Shown: positions 47,424-56,260, numbered from the stretch's first letter. The stretch: DNA of 64,000 nt from an uncultured Candidatus Saccharibacteria bacterium (GCA_964561085.1 CAZLNP010000003.1:72310-136309), one strand, 5' to 3'. Program-made: numbers and translations. Notes: generated by a model not told the origin, from the letters alone.

Positions 47424-47904
47424 TGGATAAAATCAGAAGTTCTCTTTTGGAGTTCTTCAATCTTACCGTAACCTCATCATCTTCATGCTTACCGATTAAA
47501 GCACTTGATATTGGGGTGCCCAATGAAATAACCGTTATAGTTTTTCCATCATCTTCGTGTTCAGTTCCTCCGCCCGCTGGCAAAAGGAAATAATAAAGCC
47601 TTTCTCCTGAATTACAATCTTCCAGCTTGATTAACGCATAGAGTGAGCCATGCTCAATCTTAGGTGGATTGTTTCTCAAGACTTCCAAGGTTCCAAGTTG
47701 TTGCCGAAGTTCTGACAAATTCTTTTCAAAAGCACCGGCTAAATACTGGGCTTCTTCTTTGAACGTGTCATATCGGGACTGCATGGCTCCTTTATGAAAC
47801 CTAGATTCCTTTTCAGCTGTTTTGCGACCGGTTTCGGCTGTTTCAATTGCTGAACGAGTGGTTGCGATTATTTCTTCCAAAATCCGCAATTTTAGTTCTT
47901 GCAT
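47416..47904 (-). CDS. greA: GreA/GreB-family transcript cleavage factor
   Basis: N-terminal coiled-coil + C-terminal FKBP-like VISLGTPISSALIGKHEDDEVTV; 8-nt overlap with tmk-like gene. Confidence 0.7.
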   Translation of the reverse strand: MQELKLRILEEIIATTRSAIETAETGRKTAEKESRFHKGAMQSRYDTFKEEAQYLAGAFEKNLSELRQQLGTLEVLRNNPPKIEHGSLYALIKLEDCNSGERLYYFLLPAGGGTEHEDDGKTITVISLGTPISSALIGKHEDDEVTVRLKNSKRELLILSIE

Positions 47905-48116
47905 AAATTCTCCTTATATATGTAAAAGTAAGCCACTTAAATGTATAAATGACTTACAATTATGGGATATTTTTGTCGAATTGTCAACCGAATACAGAAT
48001 CTGTATTTTACAGTATCATTTCAGGAAAGAACCCATCCCTCTTCCCATATACCTCCCCTTGTAACTTAAATTGACAATGATATAAATACTTCTGTTTCTC
48101 TCGCCACAGTTGCCAC

Positions 48117-48173
48117 GTCTTCCACTATGCGACCCTACAAACAACATCTGTTAATCGCAGGTGTTTTTTGTTA
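48117..48173 (+). repeat. Conserved leader/terminator element copy E1
   Basis: TCCACTATGCGACCC...CATCTG-ttaatcg-CAGGTG + T6, 11 nt before ridA ATG. Confidence 0.6.
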
Positions 48174-48183
48174 AACTTATTTT

Positions 48184-48603
48184 ATGAACGACACTCACAT
48201 CAACTCTTCCAGAGCACCTAAACCCTTGGGCTCATATCCTCATGCAAGGCGCGTTGGCAATCTTTTATTCCTATCTGGTATCGGCCCTCGTGAAATTGAT
48301 TCAAAAAATATTCCTGGAGTACAGCTTAATGACGCTGGAGATATAATATCTTATGATATTGAAACTCAATGTCGATCTGTATTTAAAAATGTTAAGTTAG
48401 TCCTCGAAGATGCAGGATCTTCGTGGGACCAAATAATTGATGTCACTGTGTTTCTAACAAACATGGAAGATGATTTTGAAGTTTACAATCAAGTCTATAA
48501 TGAGTACTTTTCAAAGAATCAGCCATGTCGGACAACTATCGAAGTTAATAAATTACCAACGCCAATAGCTATTGAATTAAAGGTCATTGCAACAGTAAAC
48601 TAA
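48184..48603 (+). CDS. ridA: RidA/YjgF-family reactive-intermediate deaminase
   Basis: 139 aa; RVGNLLFLSGIGP...TTIEV...ELKVIA signature. Confidence 0.85.
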   Translation: MNDTHINSSRAPKPLGSYPHARRVGNLLFLSGIGPREIDSKNIPGVQLNDAGDIISYDIETQCRSVFKNVKLVLEDAGSSWDQIIDVTVFLTNMEDDFEVYNQVYNEYFSKNQPCRTTIEVNKLPTPIAIELKVIATVN

Positions 48604-48621
48604 TAGCACGGTGGTGCAGAC

Positions 48622-48678
48622 ATCCTCCACTATGCGACCCCAGCAAAAAGCATCTCGTAATCCGAGGTGTTTTTTGTT
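48622..48678 (+). repeat. Conserved leader/terminator element copy E2
   Basis: TCCACTATGCGACCC...CATCTCG-taatc-CGAGGTG + T6; near-identical to E1. Confidence 0.6.
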
Positions 48679-48689
48679 ATGCTAATTGT

Positions 48690-49154
48690 ATGATATTAAA
48701 ATTTTCTAACTTAGATACGCTAAGAAATCAGAAAACTGTCTATACAGCCGGCTCTTTTGATTTATTCCATCATGGCCACGTTAAGTATCTAAGAGCGATT
48801 AGAGAAAAATATCCGAACCATAAAGTAGTTCTTGGTTTACTTCCTGATAAAAGAATTGCCGGCAAAAAAGGGAGCTCACGACCAATTATAAAAGAAAAAG
48901 ATAGAATTGCGGTGATCGATTCAATAAAGTACGTGGACTATGTTTTTATCTGCCCTATTTACAAACATGCGGAAGATGCGACATTTATAATTTTAGAGAA
49001 GCTTAAACCAAAATATGTGGTGTTCCCTCAAAAGAAGTATCTTAAACTAAAACATGAATTTGAAAAGACGGGCTCAAAAATAGTCATTTTGAATAGGCAG
49101 TTAAACTCCGAGTCAACCTCTAACATAATTAAGAGGATTCAAAATATCAAATAG
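48690..49154 (+). CDS. Cytidylyltransferase-family nucleotidyltransferase (TagD/RfaE-domain-II-like)
   Basis: GSFDLFHHGHVKYL = G-x-FD-x-x-H-x-GH nucleotidyltransferase motif; 154 aa. Confidence 0.65.
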   Translation: MILKFSNLDTLRNQKTVYTAGSFDLFHHGHVKYLRAIREKYPNHKVVLGLLPDKRIAGKKGSSRPIIKEKDRIAVIDSIKYVDYVFICPIYKHAEDATFIILEKLKPKYVVFPQKKYLKLKHEFEKTGSKIVILNRQLNSESTSNIIKRIQNIK

Positions 49155-49179
49155 CGATGACCTTGCCTTAGTCCTCACT

Positions 49180-49232
49180 TCTTCCGCAATGTGACCCCCA
49201 AAAAACACTAGCATCCGCTAGTGTTTTTTGCT
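49180..49232 (+). repeat. Conserved leader/terminator element copy E3 (diverged)
   Basis: TTCCGCAATGTGACCCCC...CACTAGC-atcc-GCTAGTG + T6. Confidence 0.55.
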
Positions 49233-49260
49233 ACGCTTTAAGTAACTAAAGAAAAACTTA

Positions 49261-49410
49261 TGAAAATCAAAGTTGAACACCACACTTTTCCTGGAGCGCT
49301 TTGGCTAATTGGCTGGCTGTTTACAATTGGCTTTTTAGACCTTCACTTTTGGAAAGGTGTATTGGCTATCATTATCTGGCCATACTACCTAGGCATTTTC
49401 TTCCGCTAAA
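49261..49410 (+). CDS. Small hydrophobic protein (49 aa, two predicted TM; not in ORF track)
   Basis: ATG 49261, MKIKVEHHTFPGALWLIGWLFTIGFLDLHFWKGVLAIIIWPYYLGIFFR, stop 49408-49410. Confidence 0.3.
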
Positions 49411-50245
49411 TTTTTGGTAAAGCTAAAATCCAGAACAAAATTAGACCTAGAATGGCATTAATTGCTGGGAACCACCAGTAAATGGTTTTAATTTTGTGTA
49501 GGTTGATGTAAGTGTAGATCGTTGCGATTGGATACAACAGCACTAACCAAACTAAAATACTGGCGTTGAAGTTTTGGATAACTAGCACGCTAGATATAAT
49601 CCATAATACAAAACAAACTACCAGAGAAAGCTTGTGTCCTAGCACCACGGCTGTAGTAGACAGATTAGCTTTGGCATCACTTTCAATATCTGGGACTGCG
49701 GAATAGATGTGCATGCTAGCAGTCCACGCCCAAGCAGCTAACATTGCCCACACCGGTGGAACATCACCAGTTATAAAACTGTAAGCTAGGAATCCAATCA
49801 CTGCATAATGAACATTGGAAGCCGCGTCGATAACAGGCTTAGCTTTAAAGCGAAACGGATACGCGCTATAACATCCAGCTAAAGCAAGGAACAAAATCCA
49901 TAGCCACATTGTAGTTGAATTTGGCGTAAAGAATGCCAACACAATACCAAGAACAAGCGATGCGACAACCCATATAGTTAGGGCTCTGCGTTCTAACATT
50001 CTTAGACGATGTTCTTTATCGTCTTTTTTAGCGTTGAACTGATCTGTATCATCGTCGAACAAATCATTGATGCCGTAAATATAGATGTTTGCAAAGAAAA
50101 TAAAATAGACTAAATAAACTAACAACAGCGGATTAATTAAGTCAGTTAAAGTTTGCACTCCAGCCACTGCCCCAACTAAAAATGTGCCAGCTGCATAAAG
50201 CCAAAACCGAGGTCTTGAAATTTTGATTAAAGTTTTAAGGTTCAT
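49406..50245 (-). CDS. UbiA-family prenyltransferase (lycopene elongase/cyclase-like, in carotenoid operon)
   Basis: 279 aa, ~8 TM; Asp-rich motif GINDLFDDDTDQFN (NDxxDxxxD). Confidence 0.55.
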   Translation of the reverse strand: MNLKTLIKISRPRFWLYAAGTFLVGAVAGVQTLTDLINPLLLVYLVYFIFFANIYIYGINDLFDDDTDQFNAKKDDKEHRLRMLERRALTIWVVASLVLGIVLAFFTPNSTTMWLWILFLALAGCYSAYPFRFKAKPVIDAASNVHYAVIGFLAYSFITGDVPPVWAMLAAWAWTASMHIYSAVPDIESDAKANLSTTAVVLGHKLSLVVCFVLWIISSVLVIQNFNASILVWLVLLYPIATIYTYINLHKIKTIYWWFPAINAILGLILFWILALPKI

Positions 50246-50254
50246 TTGTTTAGA

Positions 50255-51313
50255 TTATTTTTCTCGTACGGCTAAATAATTTATCAAGTCTTCCATTACT
50301 ACTAATTGATTTTTATCAAAAGGTAGTTTCTTAAGTAGAGTTAATACGTTCTTCTGTTGAGCTTGTAATTCCCTCTCAGCTAACTCAGGAATACGAGCCT
50401 CTTTCATTTTTGAAATTACAAAAGCTTGTTGAGACTTAGTCATCACATTGTGAGAATTAAACAGCGTAGAAATTTTCTTTGCGTCTGATTTACTAACTTT
50501 CTTAAGAAGTCGGAAGTATAGCCAAGTTTTTTTGCGCTCACGAATGTCACCGCCAACTGACTTTCCTGTTTTTACTGTATCGCCAAATACCCCTAAGTAG
50601 TCGTCACGGAGTTGAAATATAATTCCTAAAGATTTTGCCAACTGTTGAACTTTAACTTCCATGCTTTTGGTGTACTTCCCTGCTAGAATAAGTCCTGCTA
50701 AAATTGGCAGTCCAAACGTATATCGGCCAGTCTTTTGTTCATAAATCCTCAGGCAATCTTTTTCACTTGAAGCACTCATAGTACCAGTATTAAGATCATC
50801 CATTTGTCCGAGACCAAGCAAACCCATTTCTAAGCTAAACAGCTCCACTAGTTTTGCTAGCCCTTTGTTTGTTTTAACTTTTCCAAATTCACTCATGGCC
50901 ATAAAGTAAGCAAGGATTCCGACACAGCTTGCCATACCTTCTCCATAATGAACACTCTCGGCTTTACTAGGAAGCTTGCTTAAAGCGGTGTACTGGGCAT
51001 GAATTGTAGGTTTCCCGCGGCGCAAAAGATCACGATCCATAATATCATCATGGACTAAAATACCGGAATGCATTAGCTCTAAAGCCGCACCAATTTTAAT
51101 AGCATCAGATTGAGCCTGCTTCGATTTATTCCCAGTTGCCAATACTACTAAAAGTCCACGAATCATTTTTCCAGAGACTGTAAAATTTTCTAAACGATTT
51201 AAGGCGTCGTTTGACCAAGGATATTCAGACTTTGCATATTGCTTCTGAAGCCTTATAATCTCAGAGATTTCTTTCTGAATCAGACTTTTTTTTGATATAA
51301 AAAACTTGTTCAT
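50255..51313 (-). CDS. Polyprenyl diphosphate synthase (FPP/GGPP synthase type)
   Basis: First Asp-rich motif LVHDDIMDRD (DDxxD), second FQLRDDYLGVFGD. Confidence 0.8.
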   Translation of the reverse strand: MNKFFISKKSLIQKEISEIIRLQKQYAKSEYPWSNDALNRLENFTVSGKMIRGLLVVLATGNKSKQAQSDAIKIGAALELMHSGILVHDDIMDRDLLRRGKPTIHAQYTALSKLPSKAESVHYGEGMASCVGILAYFMAMSEFGKVKTNKGLAKLVELFSLEMGLLGLGQMDDLNTGTMSASSEKDCLRIYEQKTGRYTFGLPILAGLILAGKYTKSMEVKVQQLAKSLGIIFQLRDDYLGVFGDTVKTGKSVGGDIRERKKTWLYFRLLKKVSKSDAKKISTLFNSHNVMTKSQQAFVISKMKEARIPELAERELQAQQKNVLTLLKKLPFDKNQLVVMEDLINYLAVREK

Positions 51314-52155
51314 GTAAATATAAGTTGCTTAATGGCTGTTGTCGCTATCTGTACCTTTGATGGTATTACTTTTCTTTCAAAAATAACTTGTGGGTTTTTA
51401 GAAATTTCTTCAATCGTATCGTCAAACAAATTTAGTGCTATCTTAATGGGTACCAAATAACGTGATGGAATAAAATGGAAACCGCTCTTAGCTTGCTCCC
51501 GCCACTGTTCGTAAATTTTAATTTGAGCATGAATGAATTCATTAAATTGTTCTGGCTTAGCAGTAGCCTCTGCTTTACTGACTTCAAGTAACCCAAACTT
51601 TCTAAACTCTTCTTCTGGCAAATAAATTCTCCCCAAAGAAATGTCATCTGCAACATCACGAATCATATTCATGTACTGAAAAGCTTTTCCTAAAGCCTGG
51701 GATGCTGGAAAACTAGCTTCATCAAGTTTCATAATCTTTGCCATCATCAAACCAATTACTTCAGCCGACCCATGAATGTAATGTTCAGTTTCCTCCAAAG
51801 TTGCGTAAGTAGTTTTAACTAGATCATCTTCCATTGAACCAAAAAAAGATTCAATCCATTTTTGATCAAAATTATATTCTTTTTGAAGCTTCACAAAGCT
51901 CTGGACCACTTCCGTATTTTTTTCTGAACTAAGTGATTGAGTCGCTTCCCCGTTTAGTGTGGCATAATATTCGGTTTTCAGTTGAAAATATTCATCTTTC
52001 TGAGGAGGGACGCAATCAACGAAGTCATCAAAAACTCTAACGAATGCGTATAAATCAAATACAGCCTTCTTTTCTGCAGAAGGAAAAAATAGTGACGCAG
52101 CGAAGAACGTTGTGCTGCCATTTTTAAAAATTTCGTAACTAACTGATTTGCTCAT
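51310..52155 (-). CDS. Phytoene/dehydrosqualene synthase family (CrtB/CrtM-like)
   Basis: YAFVRVFDDFVD and MIRDVADD Asp-rich motifs of squalene/phytoene synthases; 4-nt overlap with downstream gene. Confidence 0.75.
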   Translation of the reverse strand: MSKSVSYEIFKNGSTTFFAASLFFPSAEKKAVFDLYAFVRVFDDFVDCVPPQKDEYFQLKTEYYATLNGEATQSLSSEKNTEVVQSFVKLQKEYNFDQKWIESFFGSMEDDLVKTTYATLEETEHYIHGSAEVIGLMMAKIMKLDEASFPASQALGKAFQYMNMIRDVADDISLGRIYLPEEEFRKFGLLEVSKAEATAKPEQFNEFIHAQIKIYEQWREQAKSGFHFIPSRYLVPIKIALNLFDDTIEEISKNPQVIFERKVIPSKVQIATTAIKQLIFT

Positions 52156-53623
52156 TATCTTTTGTAATATTATCGCGAGTTAGTTGGCCCGAGATTAAAG
52201 TCATGGGCACACCAATTCCTGGTTGAGTAAATTGACCTGAATAGTAAAGGTTTTTAACTTTTTTGCTTTTCATTCGAGGGCGCATCATGGCTGTTTGCCA
52301 TAAAGTGTGACTCAGCCCTAAAGCGGTTCCCTTAAAAGCATTATAATCCTTTGCGAAATCTTCTCCGGTGAAAATTCTTTTTACTTCAATGTTCGGTGTA
52401 ATACTTTCCCCTGTCTCTTCCTCAAAGTGAGAAATAATTTTTTGTGCAAACTCCTCGCGGAACTCTGGAGTCTCTGGTAAGTCACTTGCTATTGGTACTA
52501 GGACAAATAAGTTTTCTTTGCCTTCTGGTGCTGTTGTAGGATCGGTCTGCGATGGCGCACATACATAGTAAGACGGTTCATCAGGCCAAGAAGGCTTGTC
52601 GAAAATAGCATTAAAATGCTTGGTCCAGTCATTGCTTAGAACTAGATTATGATGGCTCAAAGAATTTAACTTTTTATTTAGCCCCAAATAGATAATAAAC
52701 GCAGAAGGTGCCACCGTTCGGTTATTCCAATATCTGTTCGAGTAACTTTGAGAGGACTTTGGTAACAAGCTTGTTTCAATATGATGATAGTCCCCGTTCC
52801 CGACTACTACATCTGCTTCGAACTCATCTGTCTCAGTACTTACTGAAGTGGCAACGCCATTAACGACATTAATTTTTGTGACTGGAGTATTGAATATAAA
52901 TTTTGCGCCATAGCTTTCAGCGAGTTTTTGCATTGCCACGGCCACCGCGTTAAATCCACCTTCCGGATACCATACTCCCAAATTAAAGTCAGCGTGATTA
53001 ATTACTGAATAAAGCGCTGGGGTGTTGCTTGGAGCACCACCAAGAAAAACCATACTGTACTGCAAAATTTTTCGCAAGCGTTCACTCTTAAAAAATCTTT
53101 TTGTAAAAGCGTCTAGGTTTTCAAACACATGAAGCTTGCGGCCCTCTGTTAACATGCGCTTATTAAAGAAGTCAAAAATTGATGTAAAATTTTTGTACAA
53201 GAATTGCTTCATCGAGACATCGTACTGATATTTAGCTTGCTCTAAATACTCTACTAATTTCTCTCCAGCTCCAGGCTCAAGAGACTCAAATAACGCAATA
53301 TTCTTCTGCAAATCTGAGCTAATGTCTAATTTATCTCCAGGACCAAAAAATATTCTGTAAGATGGATCTAAACGAATTAATTTGTACAAGTCTTCAGGCT
53401 TTTTCCCGAAGTTAGCAAAGTAAGTTTCAAAGGCATCCGGCATTAAATACCACGATGGACCCATGTCAAACGAAAAGCCGGCCTCTCGCCAGATGCGAGC
53501 ACGACCGCCTACCATTTCATTTTTTTCTATAATTGTCACTTTATGGCCATCTCTAGCCAAAAGCGCTGCCGCAGCCAAACCACCAAACCCGGCGCCTATA
53601 ACTACGATCTTTTTGCTTTCCAT
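52139..53623 (-). CDS. Phytoene desaturase family (CrtI/CrtN-like FAD oxidoreductase)
   Basis: N-terminal dinucleotide fold VVIGAGFGGLAAAALLARDGHKVTIIEKN; 494 aa; 17-nt overlap with synthase gene. Confidence 0.75.
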   Translation of the reverse strand: MESKKIVVIGAGFGGLAAAALLARDGHKVTIIEKNEMVGGRARIWREAGFSFDMGPSWYLMPDAFETYFANFGKKPEDLYKLIRLDPSYRIFFGPGDKLDISSDLQKNIALFESLEPGAGEKLVEYLEQAKYQYDVSMKQFLYKNFTSIFDFFNKRMLTEGRKLHVFENLDAFTKRFFKSERLRKILQYSMVFLGGAPSNTPALYSVINHADFNLGVWYPEGGFNAVAVAMQKLAESYGAKFIFNTPVTKINVVNGVATSVSTETDEFEADVVVGNGDYHHIETSLLPKSSQSYSNRYWNNRTVAPSAFIIYLGLNKKLNSLSHHNLVLSNDWTKHFNAIFDKPSWPDEPSYYVCAPSQTDPTTAPEGKENLFVLVPIASDLPETPEFREEFAQKIISHFEEETGESITPNIEVKRIFTGEDFAKDYNAFKGTALGLSHTLWQTAMMRPRMKSKKVKNLYYSGQFTQPGIGVPMTLISGQLTRDNITKDNEQIS

Positions 53624-53649
53624 AAGTAACTTAATTGTATCAAAATCTA

Positions 53650-54672
53650 CTATATAATGGTAGGTTCAACCTCCAATTCAATTCCAAACGCCTCTTTTAC
53701 TTTCATTTTAGTGTCATTCACAACCGATTCAAGCTCCGGGAACGTAGCACCACCTCTATTTGTCATTACTAACGCATTATTAAAATAGAACTGTAACTTT
53801 CCAAACTGTTGGCCTTTCAACCCCAAAGTTTCTAGCATCCATCCTGCACCAATCTTATATCCACCACCTTCAATCGGAAAAGCAATTATATTAGGATAGA
53901 CCTGCTTCAACTTTTCATATTGGCTTTCATCAATGAAGGGATTTTTGAAAAACGATCCCACTGAGGCGATTTCTTTTGGATCAGGCAATTTAACATTTCT
54001 TATATCTATGATTGCTTGTCGAATTTGCGAAAGAGTAGGATTAGAAATTCCCTTCTCTTCAAAATATTTTTTAACTCCTGGGTAATCTGGAGCAACGCCA
54101 GGTTCTTTTGAAAGCCTAATTGTAATGGAAGCAATAATATACTTGTCTTTCGCTTTTTGTTTAAATAAGCTGTCTCTATAACTAAACTTGCATTGCTCTC
54201 TAGAAAATTCTCGCATTTCGCCAGTCGCCACTTCATACGCCTCTAAAGAAATTAAAACGTCCGCAATTTCGGTACCATATGCACCAACATTTTGAATCGG
54301 GGTTGCACCAGCAGTTCCAGGAATCCACGACATTGCCTCTATTCCCCACAAACCCATTTCTACAGATCGCTTTACTACATTGTCCCAAATTTCACCAGCA
54401 CCAATTTTTATAATCGCGTCATTTTCGTTTTCTTCAGCAACTTCAAACCCTGGCAATTCAAGTTTTAATACTACGGCATCAAAAACATCCGATTGGCTAA
54501 AAATAATGTTTGACCCTGAACCTAAAATAAATAGAAAAAGATTTTTGCTCTTTGCAAAGTTGCATCCGTACTTCAAGTCTTCCATGTTTTTTGCCACAGC
54601 AAAATAGCGCGCAGTTGGGCCCATGCGGAAAGTTGTATGTTGAGAAATATCTACAAATTCTTCAATTTCCAT
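53650..54672 (-). CDS. murB: UDP-N-acetylenolpyruvoylglucosamine reductase
   Basis: FAD-binding HTTFRMGPTARYF...ILGSGSNIIF; start placed at MEIEEF. Confidence 0.8.
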   Translation of the reverse strand: MEIEEFVDISQHTTFRMGPTARYFAVAKNMEDLKYGCNFAKSKNLFLFILGSGSNIIFSQSDVFDAVVLKLELPGFEVAEENENDAIIKIGAGEIWDNVVKRSVEMGLWGIEAMSWIPGTAGATPIQNVGAYGTEIADVLISLEAYEVATGEMREFSREQCKFSYRDSLFKQKAKDKYIIASITIRLSKEPGVAPDYPGVKKYFEEKGISNPTLSQIRQAIIDIRNVKLPDPKEIASVGSFFKNPFIDESQYEKLKQVYPNIIAFPIEGGGYKIGAGWMLETLGLKGQQFGKLQFYFNNALVMTNRGGATFPELESVVNDTKMKVKEAFGIELEVEPTII

Positions 54673-54681
54673 ATTTGCATG

Positions 54682-54701
54682 ATATATCACATGTGATATA
54701 T
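54682..54701. promoter_or_regulatory. Perfect 20-bp palindrome ATATATCACATGTGATATAT in murB/HTH-murA divergent region (candidate operator)
   Basis: Read directly; lies 10 nt upstream of the HTH-murA start codon and 10 nt from the murB start. Confidence 0.55.
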
Positions 54702-54710
54702 AATCAACCA

Positions 54711-56237
54711 ATGACAAACTCACAATCTAAATCGGATCAAACAAAGATTGGTTCGTTTATTAAGTCCTTACGCGAGCAACGAGGCTTAACCCAAGAAGAC
54801 TTTGCCAAAGCATTGTCTACCTCACAAAGCGCCGTAGCTCGTATGGAAAAAGGTGATCAAAACATGACCTTAGAGCAACTCGCTAAAATTAGCGATGTGC
54901 TTGATCACAAGATCGTTTCGATTTCGGATTCTGTTGATTTTAAAATTCAAGGTGGTCGTAAATTGTCTGGTACTATCCAGACTAATAGCTCGAAGAATGG
55001 TGCGATTGGTTTAATTGCAGCTGCTCTAATTAACAAAAATACTACTGCTCTTAGCGGTATTCCTCAGATCGAGGAAGTGCATCGCATGACCGAAGCTTTG
55101 CAAAGCATTGGCGTAAAGCTACGATGGACCGGTCGAAACACTTTAGAAGTTACCCCTCCCAAAAAATACACATTCAAAAAAATTGATGAAAAAGCTTTTC
55201 GCAAAATTCGCGTCGGGCTATATCTTTTTGGCGCGCTAGGAAAGCAATTAGATACCTTTGCTATCCCCCACTCTGGTGGCTGTAAAATGGGTAAGCGCAC
55301 TATATCTGCTCATGAAGGTGCGCTAAAAGCGTTGGGCTTGAAGATCAAAACTACAGATACTCACTACGAAGTCAGTCATGGCAAACTAGCAGGTGCAGAC
55401 ATTACCATGCTTGAAGCCGGAGATACCAGCGCAATTAACGCTCTACTTCTGGCTGCACAAATTCCCCAAAAGACTATCATCAGATTCGTACCACCAAACT
55501 ACCAAGTACAGGAAGTTTGTTTTTTCCTACAAAAACTTGGCGTACAAATTGAAGGAGTTGGTACAACTACTCTAACAGTTAAAGGCAAAGAAAATTTTAA
55601 CAAAGCAATCTCTTACGAAAACAGTGAAGATCCGATTGAATCAATGATGTTTATTTCTGCGGCAATTATGACTCGCTCTAAATTAACCATCACACGCTGC
55701 CCAATAGATTTTTTGCGTTTGGAACTAGAGAAACTAAAAGGGATGGGTCAAAAGTTTATTATTTCTAAACCTTACTTAGCAAAAAATGGTTTTACAGAAT
55801 TAGTAGACTTGCAAGTTATCCCTTCAAAGCTAAAAGCGCTATCGGACAAAATTCATTCTCTTCCCTATCCAGGGATTAACACTGACAATCTACCGTTCTT
55901 TGTCCCGATTGCTACTCAAGCAGATGGCACTACTTTAATCCATGATTGGATGTGGGAAAATCGTGCAATTTACTTCACAGAGCTAAACAGACTTGGTGCG
56001 AACATCCACTTAGCAGATCCGCATCGTGCTTTCATCGAAGGGCCTACAAAATTAACTGGCGCACAAGTAGTTTGTCCTCCGGCTCTTCGCCCGGCTATGA
56101 TTATCTTAATTGCCATGCTTGGTGCAGAAGGGACATCAACTCTTAGAAACGTTTACTCCATTCGCCGGGGCTACGAAGAAATCGCTGAGCGATTAAACTC
56201 AATCGGTGCTAAGATTACAGTAATCACCAGCGTTTAG
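54711..56237 (+). CDS. murA: UDP-N-acetylglucosamine 1-carboxyvinyltransferase fused to N-terminal XRE-type HTH domain
   Basis: HTH: IGSFIKSLREQRGLTQEDFAKALSTSQSAVARMEKG; MurA: FKIQGGRKLSGTIQTNSSKNGAIGLIAAAL, active-site HSGGCKMGKRT, C-terminal IRRGYEEIAERL; start at MTNSQS (longer ORF would overlap murB). Confidence 0.8.
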   Translation: MTNSQSKSDQTKIGSFIKSLREQRGLTQEDFAKALSTSQSAVARMEKGDQNMTLEQLAKISDVLDHKIVSISDSVDFKIQGGRKLSGTIQTNSSKNGAIGLIAAALINKNTTALSGIPQIEEVHRMTEALQSIGVKLRWTGRNTLEVTPPKKYTFKKIDEKAFRKIRVGLYLFGALGKQLDTFAIPHSGGCKMGKRTISAHEGALKALGLKIKTTDTHYEVSHGKLAGADITMLEAGDTSAINALLLAAQIPQKTIIRFVPPNYQVQEVCFFLQKLGVQIEGVGTTTLTVKGKENFNKAISYENSEDPIESMMFISAAIMTRSKLTITRCPIDFLRLELEKLKGMGQKFIISKPYLAKNGFTELVDLQVIPSKLKALSDKIHSLPYPGINTDNLPFFVPIATQADGTTLIHDWMWENRAIYFTELNRLGANIHLADPHRAFIEGPTKLTGAQVVCPPALRPAMIILIAMLGAEGTSTLRNVYSIRRGYEEIAERLNSIGAKITVITSV

Positions 56238-56260
56238 TATTTAAACGTTTAAGCCACAAT

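Noticed and set aside
47822-48064. 80-aa plus-strand ORF
   Set aside because: Overlaps the 5' end of the greA-like gene and is low-complexity; more likely promoter/leader region of ridA.
54552-54710. 53-codon N-terminal extension of the HTH-murA ORF
   Set aside because: Overlaps murB on the opposite strand and has Cys/Pro-rich non-protein-like composition; MTNSQS at 54711 sits right after the palindromic operator.
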